64,000 bases of DNA, taken from assembly GCA_951406725.2 (NCBI GenBank), contig OX597814.1, positions 8,246,001 through 8,310,000 of the forward strand, given 5' to 3'. How positions within the stretch are numbered: the stretch's first letter is position 1; every line of letters begins with the position of its first letter. The notes under the pieces were generated by a model. The model did not search any database, was not told the origin of the DNA, and saw only the letters and a list, made by a program, of their open reading frames with translations. The translations under genes and the position numbers were made by a program. The DNA is from Octopus vulgaris (lineage: Eukaryota). This document shows positions 1 through 11,429 of this stretch, one piece after another.

Positions 1-192
1 ACCACCTCCGTCTGGCACCTGTGCAGGTGGCACGTAAAAAGCACCCACTACACTCACGGAGTGGTTGGCATTAGGAAGGGCAACCAGCCGTAGAAACACT
101 GCCAGATCAGACTGGGCCTGATGCAGTCTTCTGGCTTCACAGACCCCAGTTGAATCCATCCAACCCATGCTAGCATGGAAAGCGGACGCTAA

Positions 193-223
<31 letters not shown>
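1..223 (+). mobile_element. 3' end of RTE LINE (or RTE-tailed SINE) with (GAT)n tail
   Basis: Same terminal sequence (ggttggcattaggaagggc...ccatgctagcatggaaagcggacg-taaa-(tga)n) as the RTE 3' ends at 6189-6360, 19663-19835, 47110-47470 and 56640-56792. Confidence 0.8.
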
Positions 224-224
<1 letters not shown>

Positions 225-1945
225 AATACTCTAATGGAAGCCTTAACTCCCAAATTTTAGTCATTTCTTTTATGATTCAAATCTAGGTCAAAAGTACAGA
301 ATGGATCTTTATGAAATTTGGAAATTGTATTCTATACATAAGGGCCATATCTCCCATGATAATTCATATATTTTTGCTGTTGATGAAATTTTAACCATAG
401 ACATTAGACACAAATGAAGTAATATTTATGAAATTTCATCTTCTTACAAGTTACAAAGACCCCTCCATGGGGACTTAACATCCACATTTTGTCATTTTAT
501 CTAAGCAAAGACGAATACAGTTGTACTCCTCGAAGATGTAGGGTTACCCAAGCATAATAGATGAGCATTATTTGTAATTCAATGGTACAACAGTGTAACA
601 GTTTGCTTTGACATACACTTACATTGTGATTTCTGCAATGTGGTGCATAAATTGTCAAGTAAATGAGAGGCATCTTTGTTTCCACTGATTCAGTTGCAAA
701 GTGTTGAGTAAAGTTATTTGATTTCAGACCTCCTTTCACTCTTTTTATTATCACTTGGTCACACATAGTCCCCTGATGGTAACATTGATTTCAAGGCCTT
801 CCCAGATGAGTGACTGGTTATTCAAAGACATTTATAGATTGTAAATTTATTCTCTCCAGTTCCATATCAGTATAGCGGTCATTTGCAAACTCCAGAGGTG
901 ACACTTTCATTTCTCCTTAGCCCTCACGTCACACAGTTGTTAATGTTTATTTCAGTTGTGTCATGCCCTTCCAATTGCTATAGATTCATAATGAATCTTA
1001 TGGCTGTGCCTGTCACCTGTGTGGTGAGGAATCCTACATTGGGAGTGGTTTTGACTAGGGTAGGGTAGCTGACTGCTTATTGTGATCATTCGTCTTTTGG
1101 TTTCCTGTAGCTTTGCTCTCTTTTACAAACCCAGTGAACATATATTTCCTATTTCAAAGAAATTCAAACAATAGATATAAGACCCAAGTTAAAACGATTC
1201 TCAACAATTCAACTTCTCTGCTTGACTTTAAGACACCCACCCCCAACAGGGGCCTTAACTCTCACATTTTAGAGCTCCATGACCTTCATTTTTCAGGAGC
1301 ATAATCCTTCTGAGAGGTTCAATAAGACTGGAATTTTGGAATATGCGCTAAAAAATTAGTAGTATGGGATACATGTGTTATGATTACAATTTTTTTAGGG
1401 TGTGTAAAGAGGGAAATAACCTTCATCTGCAATTTTGATGAAATTTGAAACATAGATATTCCAGTTCATTGGAGAAAATATAACAGAAAAGTCTAATTCT
1501 TTAATTGCATGTAACTCGGGCAATACTGGGTATCTCTGCTAATCACTTATATTTCTATATATTTGAAACCACGGATTTCCCAACTCGGGAGTAGACTTTT
1601 CTTTAACTACAGATTCTTATTCTCATTAATTTCAAACAACCAAATAACCAAAACCACACACTCCTATGGGAGAATATTTATTTATATATATATATTTCGT
1701 CAACACCTTCTGATAACTAAAGGATCACCCACACATTAAAAATAAGAAACAAGAAACCAAAAAGATAAAATAACTGCAAGTTTATAATTCAAATACAATC
1801 ACAAATCTCTCAGTATTACAGCAAACATTCTGTACAATCTATTCTACATACTTCTCCCTGAATTATCAAGGAATCAGGGAACCCACAAAAAATAATCAAC
1901 AAAACAAACAAATAAAATAAAATTTAATAAAATATATCCACCGGA

Positions 1946-2494
1946 ATGGCTAGCCATAAAAAATCCAACAAAAACTGGTCTGATAATGAAATCGACGTTC
2001 TTATCAACACATGGCATTGCCTTACCCAAACGGAAAACATAGGTGCTTCGTGTCTGAACAAAATTGCTAGACGGACAATTCACCTTTTGCAAACTCGATC
2101 TGAACAGCAGATACAAAATGAATTAAAGCAAATCGAAGTTGCTTTTAAATTAATCAATAAACACTTTGATAAACTGAGATGTGTTTTCTCTTCGAACGCA
2201 TCACCGGTGCAACAACAACAACAAATTCAGCGGCAACAACAGACTCAGCGGCAACAACAAACTCAGCGGCAACAACAAACTCAGCGGCAACAACAGCAAC
2301 AGCTTCAGCAGCAACAACCTCAGCGGCAACAACAACAACAACCTCAACAACAAACTCAGCGGCAACAACAACAACAGATACAGCAACGACAACAACTTCA
2401 GCAGCAACAACCTCAGCGGCAACAACAGCAACAACAACAACAGTATGAACCATTCTTTGATTCATCTACAATGGCCGATTTGTTAAATGATTGA
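1946..2494 (+). CDS. 182-aa ORF: N-terminal Myb/SANT (MADF)-like helix region plus polyQ; probable LINE ORF1 N-terminus
   Basis: Open ATG-TGA frame. NWSDNEIDVLINTW...RSEQQIQNELK resembles Myb/SANT-like repeats. QRQQQT repeats at 2210-2443. Sits just inside the LINE 5' end. Confidence 0.5.
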   Translation: MASHKKSNKNWSDNEIDVLINTWHCLTQTENIGASCLNKIARRTIHLLQTRSEQQIQNELKQIEVAFKLINKHFDKLRCVFSSNASPVQQQQQIQRQQQTQRQQQTQRQQQTQRQQQQQLQQQQPQRQQQQQPQQQTQRQQQQQIQQRQQLQQQQPQRQQQQQQQQYEPFFDSSTMADLLND

Positions 2495-3136
2495 CCCCCC
2501 CCCAGTCACCAGGGCCTCACAGCAGGAGACACCCCTTCCTTTCACTGCCCCAGTAGCTCAATCATCATCACTGTTAACATCTCTTATGCCTACTACTACT
2601 ACTACTACCACTACTGCTACCTCAAGGAATCTACCTCCTACTACTAGTTCAAGAACTCTACCTCCCACCAGTCACAAAGGTCGCCAAAACCTCAACAAAC
2701 TATCATCTACACCTCTCACAACTCACACACATACCCACACACTCACTCGAAACCCCACTATAGATTATGCACTGATAGAGACTGCAAATTCCCCCATTTA
2801 GCTGGGACAAAACTCTCTATCCCCACAAACTACAACAGCTACCACCACAACCACCAATATCTCAACCAGGAATCCCCAAATCTGCTGCTATTCCCAACGA
2901 GACTGATTGTGTTTGCACAGGGATTGTCCCTTTACCCATCTCCCGGGGACTCGGACAAATGATAAAAATAAAAGCAAAAAACCTATGACTCATATAAAAA
3001 TAACCACAACCACAGTCACCTACAGTTCCCCAGACAGGAAACTTCTTCCTCTTTTTTTAGCTATTATGAATCTAGCAAAAGAACTGGAAAAAAACATCCG
3101 AGCTATCGCCCACCCCCATCTACCACTATCACCCCA

Positions 3137-6063
3137 TTGCACATGCCATTAAAAAGCAAACAAATAAGCAAAACACCAAAACAATTAAAACCATCCACTC
3201 TCGCCTCAACATTTTTGCTTAATGCCCAAGGCATCAGCCCTTCCAACAATACTCAAAAATGGAAGATAAAATTCCTGGAGGACTGGGTCGATGCCCATCC
3301 AAACCACATCCCTTTCTTCGTCCTCACTGAAACCCATCTTAGTAACCTCCAATTGGAAGCTGAGGTGAAAGCCATTCGTGCTGATCGTGCTGGCAGAAGA
3401 AAGGGTGGGACTGTCATTTATGTTCATGATTCATTCTCAACAGAGGCTATGAATATATTTTCCAATGGATACAGCAAAGCAGTCGTGGATTCAGTCAAAC
3501 CAACAACTTAACAGTAGTTGGGCTCTACTGACCACCCCAAACGCCCCTACCATGCTTCAAGGAATGCTTCAACAACATAAAGGGTTTCATCCAGCAGTGT
3601 CAACCTGACAACATCTTAATGATGGAGGACTTCAACCTCCCCAAACAGTCTGCTGCCAGGTTCTTCTGTCTCAACTCCTGACAGGGAGGCAGTGGAATCG
3701 CTTCTTGACTTTATGGATGATTTCTTCCTGTTCCAACTAGTGCTCGAACCAACGAGATGTCACAAAAACGTCTTAGACTTAATTTTCAGCAATCACACAG
3801 ACACTATCCACAATATTGCAGTGGAGAAAACCCTACTCTCTGATCATGACATGGTTCTCTGTGATCTGAGATTTCACTGGCCAAAATGCAAAACAAATGT
3901 CATCCCACCTGTCCATCCATTTGACACTATGGATTTCCACAACGCAAACTGGGAAGCGATCAGTAATGATCTTGCACATGTCAATTGGTCCTTCACACAC
4001 ATGCACACACCTACTAACATTAAAAAAGTCCTGGTAGTCATTTGTAGACACCATTACGAACATATGTGCAAGACACACCCCATTAAGATCTGCAAACAAA
4101 TCTAAGTGCAAAATCACTAGAAATAGAAAAACACTCATCAAGAAAATTAAAAGAATTAACAAAAAAATCAACAAGCTGAAATACTGTCAACAGCAACACA
4201 CCAACCTGACTGCCATCTCATCACTAGAGATTAAAAAACATAAACTCCAAAACAACATGATGTCTATCATCAATAGTCAGAGAAGGGCTGAAGAGGCCTG
4301 GGCCATTGAGGAGACCAAACTCAATCCCAAAGTGTTCTTTTCATTTGCAAAAAAACACAGTCACTGGTTCTACTGTTGGCCCTCTGATTGATGAAAATGG
4401 TACTCTTCAAGACAATGCCAAAACCATGGGAGAGATATTGCAGAAACAATATTGCTCTGTTTTCAGCAATCCTGATATGACTGATCTGGGCTGTATCAGT
4501 GATGTTACTCCCCAATACACTTTATCGGACATAACCTTTGGTGCCCCTGATGTCTTAGCAGCAATAAAGGAAATCAAGCATAATTCAGCAGTAGGTCCCG
4601 ATAGGTTCCCTGCTTGTGTCTTGAAGATATGTCAACACCAACTTGCACCCCCTCTAGCCAATCTGTGGTGGAATTCACTGGATGTTGGAAAACCTATCCC
4701 AGTCTATTGTCCCAGTTTTCAAAAAGGAAACAAATCCCTTGCCGTGAATTACCGTCCAATCTCACTCACCTCTCATATCATTAAGGTATTTGAGAGAATG
4801 CTGAGATCGCGTATGATTCACTTCCTTGAGAGTCATAATATGCTGAACTCCAACCAGCATGGATTCCGTAATGGGAGAGATTGCCTGACGCAGCTACTGC
4901 ATCACTTCGATGACATTTTGAGAGCCTTGGGAGAGGGTTCCAACACTGATGTCATCTACCTTGATTTCAGCAAGGCCTTTGACAGGGTTGATCATAAAAT
5001 CCTTTTGAGAAAGCTGTCCAAAATTGGTGTCACTGGAAAGCTGCTGCAGTGGATCAAGTGCTTCCTGTCAAACAGAACCCAACATATTGTAGTCGAAGGA
5101 GTCAAATCCAGCCCAGCCAAAGTCAGTAGTGGTGTCCCACAAGGCACTGTGTTGGGCCCACTTTTTTTCATCATCTACATTAATGACATCACTGACATCA
5201 TCAAACACAGTAACATCAGAACCATCGTTGATGATTCCAAGCTCCAGGAGGTCATCATTGGCGTGGATGACCAGATAAGCCTCCAGTCAGTCCTACTGGC
5301 TGTTGTCCAATGGGCAGAAAAGAACAATATGTTGCTAAACGAAGACAAATTCAAACTGATCCACTTTGGAAGGGAGGATGCTCTGAAACTCCCATACTCC
5401 CTTCCTTCTGGTGAAATTCTCATGGCATCTAACATCAGAGACTTGGGAGTAACAGTGGACAACAACATATAAGCAGTAAAGTTGACAGGGCCCGCAGGAT
5501 GTGTTCCTGGATTCTCAGAACCTTCCAGTCGAGAGATTCCCACACCATTATCCTTCTCTTCTCCACTTTTGCCCGACCCCACCTTGAATACTACTGTCCA
5601 CTGTGGTCTCCCTACACGAAGCAAAATATTATGAAAATTGAAGCTCCCCAAAGGTCAATCACGAAAAGGATAGATGGCACGTCAGACCTTGACTGCTGGG
5701 GTCGACTGGAAAAGCTGAAACTCTATTCACTCCAACGATGCCATGAATGTGGAAAATATTCCACCAGCACTGTCCAAATGATGTTGGCATCACCTTCAAA
5801 ATACATCCAAGGCTTGGACCCCGTGCCATCCGTCCACAACAAAAGTCTAAATCGCATCTCATAATAATACAGCACAATTATTTCACTTCAATTGCACCCG
5901 CTCTCTTCAACATTACACCAGGACACGTCAAAAAAGAAACTGACCACACAAAATTCAAGAAGTCTTTGGACAAATTCCTCCATACAGTCCAGGACAAACC
6001 ACCCACACCTTGATATGTTACCTCAAATAATAACTCTCTTCTCGAATGGGCCTTGGTGCCCAA
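3137..6063 (+). pseudogene. LINE ORF2 (APE-RT), frameshifted
   Basis: Fragments 3137-3511, 3692-4105, 4306-5472, 5499-5864 and 5747-6013 are collinear ORF2 pieces. The catalytic motif reads IVDD versus FADD in the second copy. Confidence 0.85.
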
Positions 6064-6147
6064 ATCCTGAATTGAAAGACTTAACCAGGTGGTGCTATTA
6101 AGATAGACATACTGGCCAAAAACCTTTCTAAGTTATATATATATATA

Positions 6148-6190
<43 letters not shown>

Positions 6191-6374
6191 TCATCATCAT
6201 CATCATCATCATTTAACGTCCGCTTTCCATGCTAGCATGGGTTGGACGGTTCAACTGGGGTCTGGGGAGCCCGAAGGCTGCACCAGGCCAGTCAGATCTG
6301 GCAGTGTTTCTACAGCTTGATGCCCTTCCTAACGCCAACCACTCCGAGAGTGTAGTGGGTGATTTTATGTGCCA

Positions 6375-6790
6375 TGCTCGGATGGTGTTTTTATGTGCCA
6401 CCGACACAGGTGCCAGACAAGGCTAGCAGACGACCACGCTCGGATGGTGTTTTTATGTGCCACCGACACAGGTGCCAGACGAGGCTGGCGAACGGCCACG
6501 CTCGGATGGTGTTTTTATATGCCACCGACACAGGTGCCAGACAAGGCTAGCAGACGACCACGCTCGGATGGTGTTTTTTATGTGCCAACGACACAGGTGC
6601 CAGACGAGGCTGGCTAACGGCCACGCTCGGATGGTGTTTTTATGTGCCACCGACACAGGTGCCAGACAAGGCTAGCAGACGACCACGCTCGGATGGTGTT
6701 TTTTATGTGCCACCGACACAGGAGCCAGATTAGGCTGGCGATCGGCTACGATTGGATGGTGATTGTTACGTGCCCACAGCATGGAGGCCA
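6375..6790. repeat. About 6 copies of a 62-63 bp tandem repeat in the RTE 3' UTR
   Basis: gtgccaccgacacaggtgccagac.aggct.gc...ccacgctcggatggtgttttat recurs at 6395, 6457 and onward; two variants alternate. Confidence 0.9.
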
Positions 6791-7004
6791 GTCGGTGCGG
6801 TACTGGCTACAGCCACGTTCGGATGGTTTTCTTGTGTGCCACCGGCACTGGTACCACAAAGATACAAATTCCATTGATGTTCATCTATTTTGATTTTGTT
6901 TGATTTTCACTTGCCTCAACAGGTCTTCACAAGTGTCACAAGAAGGAAGGTATGCACAGGTGGACTGACTACGTCCCAGGTAGGGGCCACGGGTTATGGC
7001 CTGA

Positions 7005-8732
7005 CTAGTCTTGCCGGGTCTTCTCACGCACAGCATACTTCCATAGGTCTCGGTCTCTAGTCATTTCCTTGGTGAGACCTAAAGTTCGTAGGTCGTGCTT
7101 CACCACTACATCCCAGGTTTTCCTGGGTCTACCTCTTCCACAGGTTCCCTCAACTGCTAGGGTGTAGCACTTTTGCACACAACTATCTTCAGCCATTCTC
7201 GTCATATGACCATACCAGCGCAGCCGTCTCTCTTGCACACCACAACTGACGCTTCTTAGGTTCAACTTTTCTCTCAAGGTACTTACACTCTGACGATTAT
7301 GAACACTGACATTACACATCCATCGGAGCATACTGGCTTCATTTCTTGCGAGCTTACGCATATCCTCAGCAGTCACGGCCCATGTTTCACTACCATGTAG
7401 CATGGCTGTACGTACACATGCATCATAAAGTCTGCCTTTTACTCTGAGCGAGAGGCCTTTTGTCACCAGCAGGGGTGAGAGCTCTCTAAACTTTGCCCAG
7501 GCTATTCTTACTCTAGCAGTTACACTTTCAACACACCCACCCCCGCTACTAACTTGGTCTCCTAGGTAGCGGAAGCTATCAACTACTTCTAGTTTGTCTC
7601 CCTGGAACGTGGTAGAAGTTGGTCTCTGCACATTTCCAGTGTTTATTTCTCCTGAGCATCTGCCACATACGAAAACTATCTTCCCAGTTAGCCTACCTTT
7701 GACATTGCTGCACCTCTTATGTGTCCATAGCTTACACTTGGTGCACCTTATAGAGTTTCTACCTACACCTTTTCTACAGATCAAGCAGGGCCATCTACCT
7801 GAAGTCGTTTGTGGTTGGTCCACCTTCCTACTTATTAGGACTTTGGTTTTGGCTAGGTTGATTCTAAGGCCCTTCGATTCTAATCCTTGTCTCCACACCT
7901 GAAACTTCTCCTCCAGTTCTGATAGTGACTCAGCAATTAGAGCAAGGTCATCAGCATAGAGGAGCTCCCAGGGGCATCCTGTCTTAAATTCTTCCGTTAT
8001 TGCCTGGAGGACTATGATAAATAGGAGGGGGCTGAGGACTGAACCTTGGTGGACCCCAACCTCTACCCGGAATTCTTCACTGTACTCGTTGCCAACCCTC
8101 ACCTTACTAGCTGCGTCTCTGTACATGGCTCGCACAGCTCTCACTAACCATTCATCTATCCCTAGTTTCCTCATTGACCACCAGATAAGGGATCAGGGGA
8201 CCCTGTCAAAGGCTTTCTCTAAGTCAACAAAAGCCAGGTACAAGGGCTTACCTTTGGCTAGGTATTTCTCCTGCAGCTGTCTTACCAGGAATATAGCATC
8301 AGTAGTACTTTTCCCTGGCACGAACCCAAACTGCATATCATCTAAGCTAACTCTCTCTCTAATTAACTGGGCTATAACCCTCTCCGTGACCTTCATTACC
8401 TGATCCAACAGCTTGATGCCCCTGTAGTTATTTGTATCTAGGGCATCACCTTTACCTTTGTAGCAGTTGACTATTATGCTGCTACTCCAGTCATTGGGTA
8501 TGACTCCTTCGTGTATCACCTGGTTAACTATACGGGTGACTATGCTATAGCCGACACTACCAGATATTTTGAGCATCTCTGCAGTAATTCCTGATGGGCC
8601 TGGGGCTTTCCCTGTCTTCATGCTTCTAATTGCCTTAGCTACCACGGAACTATCAACTCGGATAGCTGGTCCCTCTGTTGGGTCAACATTCGGCAGACTC
8701 TCTTTATCCCATTCATTTTCCTCATTCAGCAA
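7005..8732 (-). pseudogene. RTE ORF2 (RT plus PHD-type zinc finger) with one in-frame stop
   Basis: ORFs 8732-8193 and 8174-7005 are in the same frame, separated by TGA where the 45467 copy has Arg. Motifs FVDLEKAFDRV, GVHQGSVLSPLLF, YADD. Confidence 0.9.
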
Positions 8733-8751
8733 CCTTTCATATATATATATG

Positions 8752-8785
<34 letters not shown>

Positions 8786-9528
8786 TGGTGCATTTTAAAA
8801 TCTTTCTTATAATTTGTCTTTCATGTATATATCACTCATATGGCAGTGTTGTCTGCTACACACAATGTACATGCTTACCACATCACATGACTCAGGCTGA
8901 TGGTCATGTGATAAGTAATTTCTAAGAGGGAAACCTGTTCAAGGAAAGAAACTTGGTTGTTCAGTTGAAGAAGGCTTCCAGAGCTAAATGGCCTCTCGTA
9001 AATACTTTAGAGTCAGGCAACGCTATAACTCTTGGTTCAACATTATTGGACATAAGAAAATAAAACACTTATCTGTACAAATAAGTGTTTCATTTCCAGT
9101 TTTTTATTATAAAACACAAATAAGTGTTTTATTTTCATTAGTAGAAAATGTATATATATATATATTAACTGGAGATTCCTTAACGACAGTTTAACCTTTA
9201 TAGAATTAAGTTATCCTTGACCTGTTGAATAGCTAGGTGAGTAACTTACCCTTTGTTGAATGATTATTACATCAGAGGAGCTGCTAGCTAGGAAATTTGG
9301 ATTTTTACTCACATTCATAGCAACTCATGTGGCTAACCATGAACTATGAAAAAATCTTTTTCAGCTTATCGAACCTTCAATAATGGAAAAGCATGCAAAC
9401 ATTGTCAATAAGTTATATTTGCTCCTGAATGTTGTTCTTTATCCCTACCGTGGACGGATAGAAGCTTACAAAGTACCTATTCTTAGATCCTTGGATCTTG
9501 CAGTTACATATTGATATATATATATATA

Positions 9529-10190
9529 TCATCATCATCATTGTTTAGCATCCATCTTTCATGCATGAATGAGTAGGATGGTTGATAGTTGGCCAAGTAG
9601 AAAATCTACCCAAGGCTACTGTGTCTGTTTTGGCAGGGATTTTACAGTTGGATGCCCTTCCTAACACCAACCACTCCACAGAGTAGACTCAGTGCTTTTC
9701 ACATGGCACCAGCATTGGCAGAGTAATCAAGTAACACACAAGACAAGGAATTATGAGAGGGGCAGGGCATTTGAGGAGAGGAACTTGTTTCAGAGGATGA
9801 AAGGTTAGAGTGTGACAAAGAGAGCGGAGGAGGTATCTTATTTCTTTATTGCCCACAAGGGACCAAATATAGAGGGGGCAAACAAGGACAGACATAGGTA
9901 TTAAGTCAATTACATCAACTCCAGTGTGTTACTGGTAGTTATTTAATCAACCCAGAAAGGATGAAAGGCAAAGTCAACCTCGGTGGAATTTAAACTCAGT
10001 ACGTAATGGCAGGCGAAATACCGCTAAGCATTTCACCCAACGTTTCTGCTAGCTCACCGCCTTAAGAAGGTGTCTTGCCACAACAAAGAGGAAGTGATCA
10101 AGTATCAAATGATGAAAGGTAAGAGTGTAACAGAAAAAAAGACAGGCAGAAATAGGTGTCATGTTATAGAGGAGATACATTGTTACCCAA
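9529..10190 (-). mobile_element. Old RTE-tailed element fragment interrupted by a SINE
   Basis: (CAT)n at 9529-9541, then ggatgcccttcctaacaccaaccact; the purine-rich body continues after 10063 and is related to 27598-27859 and 55020-55240. Confidence 0.5.
9897..10062 (-). mobile_element. tRNA-derived SINE
   Basis: Reverse strand reads ggcggtgagctagcagaa (A-box-like) ... gagtttaaattcc (B-box-like), then gactttgcctttcatcctttc...taaataactaccag, a conserved SINE core. Confidence 0.7.
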
Positions 10191-10789
10191 TGAGAGAGAG
10201 AGAGAGAGTGAGAGAGGAGGAGAGATAGAAAGTGAGAGAGAAGTACAGAAAGATGCCAGAAACAAGTGTGCTGATGTAAAGGAGATACTTGGTTAACTGG
10301 ACAGAGGGAAAACAAGAGAATGAGAGAGAGAGAGAGAGAGTGACTAAAGGGAAAGAGAGAGAGAGAAAGAGAGTAGGAAACAGCAAATGTGTAAGAGAGA
10401 TGTAATGTTAGGGTGTACTGACAAGTAACAAGAATATGAGCATAGAAGGTGGGTAGAAAAATAGGCGTTGGTGTTGGAGGTGTGGAACATGGCAGTGAGG
10501 GCAAGAAAGGGAGCTGAAAAACAATCATAATTTATGAAGAGGAAATGTGATGAAGAAAAAGGTGCAGTTAGAAGAGGATATGTAGTTCAATTTCTTAGGT
10601 GAAAAGTGTGATGTTACATGTGGGTGGGACACAACTGTTCTAGCAAGAACGAAGATAAGATTCTCTTCCCGTCAGGCAAATGGCCCAGTTCAATATGTAG
10701 GAAGGGAGTTAAATTTGACCAATTATACTCTTCTGGTTCTAAAATGATATATTTGCGATGTACGAGTAAACATGGGAGAATCCATTAAG

Positions 10790-11073
10790 GGGTTAAAGTG
10801 AAACTATTAAATTGAAAATATCACACATTACAATAGAGAGATGCAATTGTTTCACTTTTGACACGTAATACTGAAATAGTGGAGATGATATGATATTGCT
10901 CTGGGCTCACACTAGCCAGAAGTTAAAAAGTTTTTTGGCCTATGACACTATATGGACCCTAAGTAAGGCATGTGTAAAATTTGAATGAAATTGGTTGTGC
11001 AGTTCTCGAGTTTTAGGGATTCACACAAACAAACAGACACACACATTCTCATGTTTATATATATATATAGAGA
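10790..11073 (-). mobile_element. Non-autonomous Helitron-like fragment (5' part)
   Basis: Homologous to 57293-57585 in opposite orientation (tagggattcacac..cattctc..ttttatatatatagat); ATCT-like 5' end with a microsatellite. Confidence 0.5.
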
Positions 11074-11088
11074 TATGCATATATATGC

Positions 11089-11203
<115 letters not shown>

Positions 11204-11429
11204 CAGTTGCGGCCAAAATGTCCAGAACGGCATTGTTTTCGTCAGAAAAGTAAGTATAAGTTTTTATCAAAGTAGTTTTATATTATATAATTTTCACAGA
11301 CAATAAATACAATATTAATTGTTATTGTCTGATATTTTGGTGTAATTTGAGAGGATAATACAAAAGTCATGGATGATTTAGTGATTTACTGCAAAACCCA
11401 TGCTGGCCAAAATTAGTTTAGTGTCCAAA

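Larger units (their letters stand above)
1697..6134 (+). mobile_element. Near full-length CR1/L2-group non-LTR retrotransposon, decayed, flanked by (TA)n
   Basis: ORF1-like region with CCCH-like remnant (ICCYSQRD..CLHRDCPFTHL, ~2880-2945), AP endonuclease (LTETHL, SDHD) from 3137, RT (YRPISLTS, YLDFSKAFDRV, GVPQGTVLGPL) 4306-5472. 3' end ggtggtgctattaag.tagacat is shared with the copy at 59213-62348. Confidence 0.85.
6189..8738 (-). mobile_element. 5'-truncated, young RTE-clade LINE inserted in (TA)n
   Basis: RT ORF 8732-7005, long 3' UTR with 62-bp repeats, (ATG)n tail at 6189-6212, TA runs on both sides. Confidence 0.9.

Noticed and set aside
497-1110. Possible minus-strand exon ending at gtaagt (~621)
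   Set aside because: No clear acceptor, no long frame and no recognisable protein motif.
2154-2486. Poly-L/V/T/N ORFs in other frames
   Set aside because: Alternative readings of the CAA/CAG repeat.
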